Shown here piece by piece: positions 24,661 through 37,669 of a DNA stretch of 64,000 nt. The stretch spans positions 124,001-188,000 of the forward strand of contig CM039002.1 of the NCBI GenBank assembly GCA_017499595.2. Direction: 5' to 3'. The notes under the pieces are model-generated. The model saw only the letters and a list, made by a program, of their open reading frames with translations. It ran no database searches and had not been told where the DNA came from. A program made the translations under genes and the position numbers. How positions within the stretch are numbered: position 1 is the stretch's first letter; every line of letters starts with the position of its first letter. This DNA is from Psilocybe cubensis (lineage: Eukaryota).

Positions 24661-26222
24661 GGGCACCAGGAAAAGAGCGTGGCTAGCCTGCGTGCGACCT
24701 ATTTTTGCGTGCTGCGCATAAATGCTATTCGGTGAATTTGCGTGCAAATTGACAGATCTTGCGTGTACATGTCATTGAAATGCGTGCAGCGTCATTGAGG
24801 TAGCGTGATATATGCGTGCATATCTCAACACAAATCTGACATTTAGCAAGTTGTACTAAGTACTAGATATACTATTGTAAGCACTGGATTGTTATACACC
24901 TTTCTTTTCATTTAAATAGACTCTGACTCCAGAACAAGTGGTGTATAGCCTAATAAGGTACTATTCCCCCACATAATTTTCGTCTTTCACTCGCTACTGA
25001 GTTGTCAACAGAAGACTTCTGAATTCTTTTGGAGTTAGTGGACCTTCCTCCTTACGAGCTTTATGCAAATTAATAAGGACATGATGAAACGAGATCATAA
25101 GCAGCCAGAAGTCACCACTACAGACTCAGGATACATGAGTACTATACTTTCTTCATCTTCATTTATTCATGGAATAGATGCCATCCCTTAGATATCCATA
25201 CCGCACTTGGATTCAAATAGCATCAAGGCAGTTGAAGAAGACAACACTACCAGTCCATCTAAGGATGCACCTACGGCACAAGGTGTGAATATAAAAGTAT
25301 TTTCAAGCCGTACTACACCGTTGATACACAATACAAATGACAATATCTCTATAATTATCCCTCCACAAGCGGCTGGGATGTACAGTGAACTTTTCATTGA
25401 ATACATTTTTTCAGTAGGATACTTCGAGCCAGAAACGCATAAGTTCGTACTGGCGTGCAAGATGAATCTGTGTGCGGGGTCATCGCGTGCGAACCACAGG
25501 TGTTAGCGTGTCAATTACACGCAATAATCGGGTCGCGTATCATCGCGTGTCCTCGCGTGCACGTGGGAAAGTAGGTCGCGTGCTGCTTGCGTGTCAGATG
25601 CGTGAGTTTGAGTGCGATTAGCGTGCTGTGATGTCACGCTCATCGTCGTTCGACGACACCAAATACTTGTCCAAAGGACAAAAAAAAAGATTTTATTCAA
25701 GTTCGCGGGCCTGGTAATGTGGTCGGACATCATTGAATAAAAGGTGTTGCCGGATGCAATGCGGCTGGTCGCGTAGTCGGCCGGAGATGGTGTCGAGGAA
25801 CACGCCCAGGTACACCAAATCATCCGAGCAAGCTAACTGTGCTCATAAGTAGGACGTGATAGCAATGCTGAAGTCACAAGAAAACAGGATTTACCTCTGT
25901 ATAGTAGAATTTTGAGTAGATGTCTATTAATTAAGCCAAATGCTATAAATGGCAAGAATCATGCGAGTGTGCTGGCAAGGCATTGAATAATTATCATTTA
26001 TTATTGAACTAATCCAGTAGAAGAGAATCCTTGTTTCCTTACGCACGAGATACACGAGTACTGGCGAGAAATAATCCAACACTATATGTGACACAATTGT
26101 GACATTGCGTGCAGAACACATCCATATGCGTGCAGAACACAGTTGTTGCGCAAAAATGCGTGTCACGCAGGCACACGCAAAAACGCACGCACGCGAGCAG
26201 CCACGCTGATTTCTGTATGCCC
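24661..26222. mobile_element. Non-autonomous TIR element with 9-bp TSD (Mutator-like by TSD length)
   Basis: Direct repeat AAGCAGGAT at 24652-24660 and 26223-26231. Imperfect TIRs GGGCA..GAAA..AGCGTGGCT..GCGTGCG. Many GCGTG/CACGC subterminal and internal repeats. No intact transposase. Confidence 0.85.
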
Positions 26223-26916
26223 AAGCAGGATGTGGAGTGCACAACCGGCACTTATTATCTGCTCTTGATCAGTGGATTGTAACTCGTTACTTAGAGGGTA
26301 TAATAATAATTTATAAAGCCTCGCTGATCGAATGTGATTGTCTGTTAAAATATGAAGGTCTCGTGAGTGAATTAATGTTACATCTGCATCAGCAGTGCTC
26401 GAGTCAAATATAACCCATGTGAACCAACCAACCATCTCGTCGGCACTCTATGGCTCCGATAACGGTTCCCAAGAATGATGGCCTGCTGCGAATTTACATC
26501 TTACACTCACGCTATCATCACCACCATTACTGTCTCGACCAGCCCACTGGCACTGTTTCTACTCGCATTGAGAGGCAATATACCAGCTTTGCTCATTACA
26601 GAATTGTTTTGGTTACTGATAGAACCTTTGCATGGTATGTAACAAGAACAGTTTCTGTACCTTAGTGATTTAATATGTTAATTCAAAAAATTCAATAGCA
26701 GATGCGCTTTACTATGCCCTCTGTGTCTCGATGGAATTTGATAGTCAAAGTATGTTGATTGTCTGATATCACTCAAGCTTTCTCAGCTCATGAAAAAGAG
26801 CACAACATACGCTTCTCAGCAAGTAAGTCACATCCTCGTTACATTATTCTTCTCTTTGATTAGCCGGCGTAGAGGCAGCCTCAAAACACTACAAACAATA
26901 TCTTATTGTAATTCAG

Positions 26917-27218
26917 ATAAAGTGTTGCCTCAATGAATACGCCACTGGAACCTTCATCGGACTGGAATTGACAACAACAAAATATGGTGATGTCCGTACC
27001 GGAATGCTTGCATTTATTGATATGATTCAGAAGAATCCATATCATGGTGCCAAGATCAAGCAGCGTCGTCGGCAATGGGCAAAGAAGGGCATGTGAGTAT
27101 TGCTTTGGCATTGTTTATTTTACGCATTTTCCCCTTCATTGACAACCTTTACAGGGAACTTCTTCGATCTCGTCCCAATGTCAGCAACCAACTTCAGTTC
27201 CGCCCTGTTCTGGACTGA
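26917..27218 (+). pseudogene. 3' fragment of a DUF6532-like (often transposon-associated) gene
   Basis: Exon IKCCLNEYATGTFIGLELTTTKYGDVRTGMLAFIDMIQKNPYHGAKIKQRRRQWAKKGM, then a GTGAGT intron, then last exon ELLRSRPNVSNQLQFRPVLD*. Family call is from pattern memory. Confidence 0.5.
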
Positions 27219-27260
27219 AGTCGGTTGGCTGGCAAGTACATTAGCTTTTAGGCATAGCAT

Positions 27261-27280
27261 TATATATATATATATATATA
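27261..27280. repeat. (TA)10 microsatellite
   Basis: Read directly from the sequence. Confidence 0.95.
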
Positions 27281-27805
27281 TTACAATCAATCATTTTTGC
27301 TATGAAATTTAGACAAGCATGAATGTGAGCTGTATAGAGCAAGCCTATTATTGGAATAAATGCTACTAATTACCTATTTGAACTAAGCACTATAGTGTTC
27401 TGTAGTAACTGTGCTATGTTACACAGTGCAGTAAATCATGATATTTACCTCTGCAGAAAATTGAATAATGTCCTCTGTAGTACTATAGGGAATTATATGT
27501 CCGGCTACTCAATCCTTTAGAGCATTCCTATAAGGACTACTGATTCTATTAGTGCAAAACAAGAGGTGAAGTTTTGGGGAAATCATCTGTTTTCATTTTC
27601 TCTGGTGCTAAGATTTGTAAAACTCTGAGAGTATTATATATTTATGAAATGTGTGTGTGTGTATCGCTGATCCAGGATGAAGAGTATTTTGACCACAACC
27701 AACCAACAATTCGGACAAGTTCACCAACGGTGAAGTTCTTCAATCGGAGCTTAAACATTGTTGATGAGTGGCTGTGCCTATCAGGCTCACCTTGCACTCT
27801 GCACC

Positions 27806-27959
27806 CACTGCGGGCGACGACTCCTCTAAGTTAAACAAACAGCTGTTGTTTTACATGTTCTATGTAAGTTCAGCTGTAAGTTTAACATACAGCCTACTTA
27901 AAATCAAATAATCTTCTTTTAGCTGGTTGTTCAACTTACAGCAGTCATCGCCCGCAGTG
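27806..27959. mobile_element. CACTG-type MITE, internally deleted copy
   Basis: Runs CACTGCGGGCGACGACT...AGTCATCGCCCGCAGTG. The left arm matches the 55834 element. Flanks are ACC/ACT, and an empty paralogous site lies at ~21350-21365. Confidence 0.85.
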
Positions 27960-28380
27960 ACTGACGAAACTTGACTCGGCTAACGCTGGGTCTATGCGCG
28001 TGGCGGATGGTAGGGAATAAAAGGATGTGATTTCGAAGACCTGAAATACGACAGGGATTGGATATTGGATATTCGCACGTCCGTGAGAACGTCGGCCTCT
28101 CCCCGTCTGTGAATGCTGGACACTCTTCGTCGTGTGTCACCAGTACTAATCCGCCTCTCAGCTCCACCGATGCCTTATCTCATATCGACTTTTAGGTTCT
28201 GGACCCTGGTCTCGATCTGAGCACATAAAAGACCATTGTTATCAGAAAGTGCAATTTTTTTCAACAACGTCTTACGAGTAAGTAACTCTGCGTATATTTC
28301 TTTTATATAATATAACTTCTCCAAGGTTTCCCATTCCTTCCTCTCCTCCATCGTACACACAAAGTCACACGATCACCGCT

Positions 28381-28707
28381 TCAGTTGCAGAGAATAGAGC
28401 AGGATATAATGCATCCGAGGTATCCACCTGCACCACCACCCTCCCAGTCACCCACATCAAACGTAGAGCACGCGTCAACGCAGGAGGTATAGTCGTCTGT
28501 TGGACACGCAGAGCGTGTAGCCTTCTCCGACCTCCCAAAACGTGCGCTAAAACAAAGCAACGACAGTCAAATCTTGCATGGGATAATACAAAAAGCATGC
28601 GATCCTAACTTTGAGAAGGTAGGGGCGACCTGGGTAGGAGTGGCCGTGGCAAGGAGGGCAGAGCCCAGGATGAGAGAGGTGGCGAGGATGATTGAGCGAG
28701 TTTGCAT
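28381..28707 (-). CDS. Small secreted cysteine-rich peptide precursor (87 aa, one intron 28547-28609)
   Basis: Translation: MQTRSIILATSLILGSALLATATPTQVAPTFSNARFGRSEKATRSACPTDDYTSCVDACSTFDVGDWEGGGAGGYLGCIISCSILCN*. Has a signal peptide, a GT-AG intron, and a TATATAAA about 85 nt upstream. Confidence 0.85.
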
Positions 28708-30446
28708 CGTCTTTGATATGCGAATGAATGCTTAATCGAATGCGGAGTTGCGATTTTTGCTTGGGATAAAATACCCCTACCAGTGCCAGTTTATATACCC
28801 TTTTCTGCTTGAAATATTTATTATTCTGTCGATCTAGAATCACCGTTTACCAGTCACCGTTGACTCTGAGCTCCAACATATCTTCAAGCTTCACCCATAA
28901 TGACGGTGCACTTCTTCAGCTTCAAGCTTCACCGCTTCATCCTTCAAGCTTCAAGCCAAAATTGACCTATTTTTGAATCGACAGAGGGTAACTAGGCAAG
29001 ATCAGAAGCCCCGCTATGCTAAACAAAGCTTAACAAATTGCACCTATCACAGATCTAACCATATACCGGAAACCGAACCCCCTTGTTCCCGGTCAAACAG
29101 ACTAACTTCAGACAAAGCTTACCCAAAATGCTCAAGTCCAACACATTATGTAACTCACTAGACCAGTCACAACACCCTCGATGACCGCATCTCGCGTCCG
29201 AGTAAGGCTATTCGTAGAAAGTTTTACTATGGATACACTTGAAGATGCGGTAGTTTTGAGACCAGAACACCTAGGACGCAGAACCATCGCGGTGAGAGTA
29301 AATGACCGACGCAATGAGTGTGACCCGTGCCGACATATTAGTGCTACAGTGGATACTGAGAGTGAAATAGACTTGTTGTACACTTGGTCGGCGTGTGCTG
29401 CGGTGCACCGTGCATTCCTAGGCTGCGATTCAGACATAAACTGATAAAATATGCCAATAAACAAACTAAACACAGTGCTAGACGCTCTTTTCTGGAAGAT
29501 TTAATTATATGAATGCAAAGTATCTTTGATGGTTAGGTAGAAACACGGGGCTGGCTCAAAATCAAGGTATAATTCACTTCACACGCCCCAACACAGAGGA
29601 CAACCTATTCTCCTAAAAATCAGTGATGTTGTTTTTGGACCACTCTTTATGGGCGACTTGTGTATGTTTTTACATTGACGTCGTTTCAGATGCTGCAAAG
29701 GAGTGATCAATATAGAACTTCACGAGCGTATACATCGGCTCTACCATTCTCCCAGCCACCATTGTTAAATTCAGAGCACGATACAACGCAGGAGAGGTAA
29801 TTTCCTTGGTAAGGTTCTTGAAAAACGTGTCATTATAGGGAATGATCTGATGACCCTGATTGATCAGAGACCTTGTTTAAAAGAATATCCGATCATCACT
29901 GAGTTTGTCTCGAATGATTGATGCTGAGATTTCGCGGTCTTTATTCACCTCGTATTTTAATTGTTCCGCCTGTCTTCTAATTGTATGTCCCTACGGTGAT
30001 CATTGTGTAGCTTAGCCCTCTTGATCTATGTTAATAAATTGGAGATCTGAGAGAGGTCAACAGTAAGCCTGTAGTATTAGACTTCGTTCACAAAAACCAG
30101 TTCCCAGTACTGCAAATGGCGTATAAACATTTCTGAGTTGTGAGTTATCAGTATCTATTTTTGGTACGAAAGGTTTGGCCGTCTGCCGATGCAATTGCGT
30201 AGGCGTCGTTGCATTCATTTATACCCTTTTTGGTATATCTTACACATCTTCCCGTTTCGCTACATCACTCCGTAGTCTTCTTTACGTTACTCAGTCCCAG
30301 CTGGGCTACACGGTCAATGGTTAAATTAGCCGAGAGTGTCACCGTCAACTTTATAAATGTGAAGCCTGATACCAACGTCAAGTCATTACACTCACTTTTC
30401 CAACCTCTCTGCACCCCGTAGCGTTCAAAACCTACCCAGGAATATA

Positions 30447-32007
30447 ATGCCAGCATTTATTACCGCTATGAAGCGCGCGGCGACGGTGAGCCCAGTTTAT
30501 AATTCAAGCGATGCACTTGACCAGATAACTAAACGCCGAAACACACTCTTTGCTATACGTAGAGCTTCAACCCACCTACCCTTCCAAAGGACGGCACTCC
30601 TCTCAAATTCGGGATTATATCTACGGCCGACATCTCAATACAAGCTCTGATTCTTCCAGCGAGGAGTCATCCCGGCGTGGAGATATACGCAATCGCCGGC
30701 AGAAGTCTAGAGAACACAGAAAGGTTTGCAAAGAAACACGGAATCAAGAAAGTATATGGCGGAAAGGATGCATATCAAGGCGAGTGTTATTACTTTTCTT
30801 CAAGGGTTTGGAACTGATGAAAGACTCGCTTGGTTTAGCCCTCGTTGAAGACCCTGAGGTAGACGTTGTGTACATACCAGTAAGTGCTTCTCGCCACTTT
30901 TTCAGAGAAATTGAGCCTAAAAAAACTTATTCTATTAGTTACCCAATATCATGCACTACGAGTGGACGATGCGGTCTTTGAACGCGGGTAAACACGTTTT
31001 GGTTGAAAAGCCGATTGCTATGAGATCCGAAGAAGCGCGAAGGGTGCATGAACTTGCAGAAGCAAAGGGGCTGGTGCTCATGGAAGCCATGCATATTCGG
31101 TCAGTTTCATTTTCATCAATAACATCTCACTGTTAGCACTTACTGATGCTTGCCTGGATGAATGGTACTACCTCCGACGACGATAGGTTCCATCCTGCTG
31201 TTGCACGGTTGAAAGAAATCATCGCGCGAGGCGACATAGGTGCCATCAAACATATATCGTCAACAATGTTTCTGCCTAGCCTCGCAGGTGCCCTCTATAC
31301 TGATGAGAAATTTGCTTTGGGGAAGGGATGTATGATGGATGTCGGATGTAAGTTTCGCCTTTCTAAACCTTGCAGAATTGTTTATTCTCTGACTAACTTG
31401 TGCACATTTGACAGGCTACGCTATCGAGATAATTCGTCTTGCATCGTCCTCGGACCCCATAGCGGTAACAACCGCAGAGTTCGATAATGATGTCCACCAC
31501 GTTCATAACATGGATGACAACGCCCGTGGCACTCTTCAACTCCCTAACGGAGTGACGGCGGATTTTGCCAGCAGAATCTCTGTTCCACCTAAATTTGGGA
31601 TTATCCCAAAACTCAATTTCGGCGTGGAAGTTGTGGGTGACAAGGGAACCGCAAAGTTGACCGAATACATGATTCCCCAGGTGTATCACTCGATAGTTGT
31701 CACTGATACTGCTGGGAAGAAAACGGTACACAAAGCATACACCTTTTCAGACGGAGATGGCACGAGGCCAGTTGGAGAACCCTGGTGGTCTACATACAGG
31801 CACCAATTGGAAGCGTTTGTGACTAAGATCAAAGGGAATGAACCCAGAACCTGGATGACGAAGGAGGACTCGATAACGGTTATGCAGGTGATTGAGCAAG
31901 TTTATGAGAAGGTACGATATCAGGCCTGTATCCTCACATTAATTATCTGACATAACCACACTGCATAGATGGGCCTGGAGGCCAGGCCAAAATCGCCTTA
32001 CGTTTGA
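30447..32007 (+). CDS. Gfo/Idh/MocA family NAD(P)-dependent oxidoreductase
   Basis: Motifs seen: FGILSTADI, EDPEVDVVYIPLP, AGKHVLVEKPIA, LMEAMHIRFHPA, GCMMDVGC, WWSTYRHQLEAFV. Confidence 0.92.
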
Positions 32008-34358
32008 CAAACAAGTATGATTGTATCACAATTTTTCTATTTATCATATGTACTCCATAGTAATTATATAGCAAGATACACGGTTCACATTTATATGATC
32101 CATTCCGACACATCGCACAGAAGGCTAAAATATAGGAGGGAAAAACTTCCTAAAAGGTGCCCTGACCTCGCCTGCAGCACTCTATGATAGTCACAATCAC
32201 ATTGCTTCAGCATATGGTCTCCGGGTCGATGAATACCTGCTCATGTTTATCCAGCCCCCGGATAGCGATCTATCCCTCGATGCGTGAAATTAAACCCTAG
32301 AAACTGTCTAACACATTTAAATCAGCCAAAATTCAAAAAGAGTTTCTGAGGAAACGCACCGAAAGCTCAAGCTTCAAGTGTTATTTGTGGCAACTTCACA
32401 CTCCACAAGCAATATCCTGCTCCGACCCGCTCTTGGAATTATCCCTATGCGTCCCCACCCTATCCCATAAACATACACAAGCCCTCATTTGCGTCTTTCC
32501 AGAAGGTCTATAGCTGCCGCAGCACCACGCTGTGCGCAAGAGCATAGTCCGAATTTAAGAAGCGCATTGGCAAATCCTTCAACTGGACATTTCAGGGCAA
32601 TCCCTGGCGTTTACTAAAGGCCCACAATATAGGCACCGGTCGATCCAATTGTGAAACCATGTTGTCACCCTCGTCCCGGGCCATAGGAAGAGGGCCATAC
32701 AATGCGAAAGAGGGTTATTTGTGCGAGTCTTCGCAGCGAGCATCTATATGCTTCATCATGAATGAATGAAGTAACAACAATGTGTTATATTTGAGGTACT
32801 TACCATCGCTGTTTGCACAAGTGAAAACGGTCTCTCCGCGCATATTCCGCCACTTAAAAATCCTCGTTTCCATCCTCTCAGTAACCATTGGCACGAGCTA
32901 CACATACATATAGCATTCGGACTGTAGTTGATTCGTGGGTATGATTTGAGGAGAGGTTGCGAATACACGAAACGGCGATAATATCGGATAGGATTGGTCA
33001 ACTCGACGGCGATGGAAGGTGCAGAGGAGGACACAACTATATACCATCACACTAAAAAGAATGTAGTTAAGGCCAATCGAATCGGAATATCATAGACTTA
33101 CCTTTAACTGAACCGCACCAATACAACCCCCCGAATCTTTCAACGCTCGGACAAACTTCCTGCATCTCGCTCTTCTTTGCCCACGTTGCTAGACCACCAC
33201 ATTGGCGGAGATGATGGGGAACTTCCTCAAAGACCACACCTTAGCTAGTGAGGTGGTGCATGAGTGTGCAGCGTAATCGAATAAATGCGCTGGGTGTTGA
33301 AGCGCAACAAGGAGGAGTAGGATGTTGAGGCCAAGTTGAAAGAATGCATCTCCGTGAGGGGTAGGAAAAACGCAGGGATGACTAAGGCTGAATAAGGCTA
33401 CAGTACCTGGAGCGAGAAAAGAATCGTGGCAGTCGTGTGGGAGCTGAACTCCGGGACGGATAGTTGAATTTGGAGGATGGGAGGAGGTGGGCAAGCTCTG
33501 TCAATGATTATCGCGTGCCGACTTTCCCGTTGACTCTAGCCCCTCGTAATAGTGCTCCATTGCTGTTTATGGCAGGAGAGAAGTCCTGGAATCGCTGTGT
33601 GCAAGATTAATCGGAGCAAGGAATGGGAGATGACGGCAACTCGCACTGGTCAACAAATTTCATTAAGTCAGCGCATCAAAAAGTCTAGTCTCCGCTTGAA
33701 GACGTTTGATCGGTAAAATCTGTCAGGGGCAACCTAATTGGGAGCAGCTCAGCAAAGTAGGGCATCTAATCTGCAAGAGGTGCGAGGACAGGATTTGTCC
33801 TTGAGAAATATGTAGACTCGATGAAGATACAGTCGGACCAAAAGCCCATGTCGATGGCAAACTTCTTTTTGGAGAATGCCTGTCGGAAATTTGGCAGTTA
33901 TAAACGTCAATATCAAGGCACATCTTATATAACCTACGTAGTAAGTGACGTTTATCATCTCTGATTCTGTACACTGAGATGTAGTTTCTTAAGTGACTTA
34001 AGAGACGTTACAAACAAATTCAAATGACTGATTACTGTCAAAGACGAAGCATTGATAGAGTCATAGTCATCAAAGATCACTGGACTATCTCATAAGTCTG
34101 GATTTCTGACCTTGAAAGTGCATCCTAGCGCTTAAACACCGTTGGGATGACAGCTTGGCCTTGGCCATGATCATCTGAGAGGTATATCGTTATTGGTGCT
34201 TATATACATGTCTATCTATTGGAAAGAACGTGATTTCTTATGTAAAGAGTGTACGAGAGCACTCGCACCTTCGAGTGGGGTTGTGGTATAAAAACATAAT
34301 AATTCTGGCTTTCAAATGCCTTCACGTCTTTGAGCTTCTCCATAGATTCTAAAAAAAG

Positions 34359-34866
34359 ATGTTCAAGACAAGCTTCATCAAAGCACTTGTCGTGGCCGTT
34401 ACAGCGCTTAATATTAATGTCCATGGCGCTCCCAGTAGGCAAATATTGGATAAGGTACGCGGCCATATCTACCGCGTTCTTTCATTCATCACATCACCCC
34501 AGGCGGCTCGTTTCTCCCTCGAAGTATCAGCCAGGTTTATCGACAGCAACCTCTTCGTATGCATAAACCCGAACTTTGAAGAGCCCTGCACAGACATCCC
34601 AATCACCGTCAATGAGTGTATCAACATCCCCACCCCCTTCGACGACGCGATATCAAGTTTAACTCCCGACCCCGGCTTTATCTGTACCTTGTTCGTGTAC
34701 GTAAACTCATGGCATTTCTCCTTAACCTTTGATAAAAATTGTGCCTGCTGTCAGAGATGCGAATTGTCAGGGTGCCAGTATCGGTGTTAAGTCGCCAGGA
34801 ATTAGTGATTTGACAGGGAGCCCATTCAATGACAACCTATCGTCCTTCCGGTGCTTTACCCTGTAG
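34359..34866 (+). CDS. Secreted beta/gamma-crystallin-like protein 1
   Basis: Signal peptide, then LFVCINPNFEEPC..ECINIPTPFDDAISS..CTLF..NCQG..PGISDL..FNDNLSSFRC. Two introns. Confidence 0.8.
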
Positions 34867-35274
34867 AATATTTTGGCTTCATGACCTCAATGTATGAAGT
34901 TACACTTCCTTGGAGTGGAAAAAGGGTAGTCAGCCTTGCCGTGATTATCGAGTAGTAAATGCCACTACTATGATAATTATCCGTTTTGGGACAGTGACGA
35001 GAGACACTATCTAGTTTTTGGTGCTTATTGTTCACCATTAACGACATTTATCGCCTGTAGGCTGAAGGCGTGGGCCAAATCAGCTCCACAGGTTCCAGCG
35101 ACGACACCGGCATGATTATTGATATGGAACCGTATTTCGGAACTTGAAATTACGATAGGCTGAGTCTATTCATATTACAGATTGATAACCTGCATTATTG
35201 TATAAGAATAACACAATGCCTCGTTTCTGAATTCAGCGTGACTCACAGTCCTTCAATCTCTCTGCTTATTAGGG

Positions 35275-35784
35275 ATGCTCAAACAAAATTTCATCAAATC
35301 ACTTGTAATCGCAGCATCGGCGCTCATTGCTCATGGAACTCCTAGCGAGGACATCGTGAGTAGCCTAAGATCACGCATTGAGTCGCAACCTGCTGAATGT
35401 AACTAACAATCTGCCATTCTGCCCACAGACAGTCCGTTCTGATGGGTCCATTTTCGGGTGCACCAACCCCAACTTCGCCTCTCCATGCAACGTATTTTTC
35501 TACACACTCAATACATGCTCCAACTTCCCCGTAGTCTCAAAAGATGCGCTATCCAGCGTGACACCCGAGGCGCCTATTATTACCTGCACTTTCTTTGTGT
35601 ACGTATATTGCTTCCTTGTTAGCCTTGTCGTATCGTCTGAATGGGTGATCATATTTTCCTCATTTGTAGGGACATCGACTGTCATGGAGATAGTATCGTT
35701 ACCTCGTACCCTGGACTCAGTGACTTGACTGGTACCCCATTTGACCACAACTTAGCCTCAGTTCGATGCTCCAATCCTCCTTGA
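35275..35784 (+). CDS. Secreted beta/gamma-crystallin-like protein 2
   Basis: Paralog of protein 1 with the same 6 Cys and intron positions: IFGCTNPNFASPC..KDALSS..DCHG..PGLSDLTGTPFDHNLASVRC. Confidence 0.8.
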
Positions 35785-36789
35785 GCAGGTCACTTTGGCG
35801 TGCCGAAACACCAAAAATTGGTGGATATATCAAACGTGTGAAGACTTTATTTGACATGGGGGGGTATAAATTATTTTCTGTAATCCAGAGTATGTCGTAC
35901 AAATGAGAGATCCTAGCCAAAGTTGACACGACGAACTCCAACTGGAAACCGGCCAAGACAGTCGCGCCAGCCTAGTTGTGACTAAGTCCGCGCATCAGAA
36001 GCGTGCGACATATTATTGCCGTTGACGGTGCCGAGTTCAATTTTTGCTCACAAGGTTCAGTCTCCGGTTGAAAATGGCTGTGTAATTGGCATTACTAATC
36101 AAAATTTGGGGTGGCGGATTCATGAACTGTCGCACAACCATTGCACAGATAGCAATCATATTTATATCAAAAGAACTTCGATTCACTTACATAGATTCCT
36201 TACAGCTTTAAATATAATAAATATGGGTAAGGGATCCGATGGTGCCCGAGGATATGGGTTATTTTAAACTCGTTTTTTGTTTTCCAGTAGAATATACTGA
36301 ACCTTGGTGAATTTAGATTTGATAAGTATGTGGCGGAGGCACCAAGTGTGTCCCTACATTAAGAGTACATGTGACACTATAATTAGATGATAACGCTTAG
36401 TTTTCTTACCGCATAATTTTTGCAGCGTTTTCTAGGTAAGTGGACCAACTGTCATCAGTGGTCAATGAATCACCAGATAATAGTTTTAAACCGCATGAAG
36501 GTCTTCCTGTTCTACCGGAAATCGTTTGATACAATAAAATTTGAACCCTTCTCAGTTTACCTCCAGGTCCTGAAAATGACAATGTGAGCAATTCTATAAA
36601 CGATGACCTCGCAAAATTAAAGTTCTGCCTGCTCGGTCAAATTTCATTGTTTCCATTATACGGCATGACAAATGGTGGAAACAAAGTATCTAAACGATGG
36701 TCTGGAGCACCTGAGCTATTCTATATAAGTCGTTCTATGTCTAGTTTTTAGTCTCATTGGAAAGGCGTTTAATTCTCTGACTTTAAACA

Positions 36790-37307
36790 ATGATTATTTC
36801 AAACTTCATCCAATCCCTTATTGCAGTCGCTATGGCCCTGGGCTCCGATGCCACTCCACTGGTAGGTCAAAATTTCTAGTCATACTTCAATAGCTAATAT
36901 TATTTTACTGTTTTTACATCTTCGCTCACCCGCTAGGACCTAGGACGTACGTTCTCCTCAAGATCCAGGGACGCTATTCAATGGTACCCTCTTCGTATGC
37001 GCCTTCCCGAACTATGTTCTTCCTTGCGCCAACTTCAACTATTCCACCGACGTCTGTGTCAACCTCACAGTACCTTTCATGAACTCTACAGCAAGCGCGA
37101 CCCCTCGTGATACGTTTAGCATCTGCGCCTTGTTCACGTACGTGTTTGCCTCACATGAAATGTATATTGCTTATCGCTGGATGCTAATGTACCTTTATGT
37201 ACAGGGGCCCTAACTGCACAGGAAGCAGTATCACTGTATCGTATCCCGGAAATAGCAACATAAATCCCCCCACTTACGCGTCATTCCGATGCACCATTCC
37301 GGTATAG
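36790..37307 (+). CDS. Secreted beta/gamma-crystallin-like protein 3 (absent from the ORF track)
   Basis: Signal MIISNFIQSLIAVAMALGSDA, then LFVCAFPNYVLPC..DVCVNL..ICALFT/GPNCTG..YPG..YASFRC. Two introns at equivalent sites. Confidence 0.78.
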
Positions 37308-37669
37308 GCCTAATTTCCAGTATTACTTCCCAAAGAGTAACCCGGGATACTATGTTTCATGTAACCTGCTGTAGTGCTGAATAAATAGCCTTGCGCTTAA
37401 CCTCCATCATAACAATTTGGAAGTCAAGATTGACTAATTTTGTATTTCAACTGTAAAGACAGAACGATGAATCGCTATCGTACATAATACAGATTTTTTG
37501 CTATGTACAACAAAACGATTATCAGGAAAGTCCACATAAGTAGCACCCATCTCCGCTAAAGCATAAAGCACAGAAAGTCCAAACACATTCACCCAAAGGG
37601 GTATACAAGGAATGATAATACTCAAAAAATCTGTAGCGTCCCAGAATCGTTATATCAGACATCTCCCAC

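Noticed and set aside
28880..28960. Clustered CTTCAAGCTTCA repeats
   Set aside because: Short, irregular and low-complexity, with no spacer structure or partner terminus. Not CRISPR-like.
32400..34000. Possible minus-strand gene remnant
   Set aside because: Stops occur in all frames and there is no family signature.
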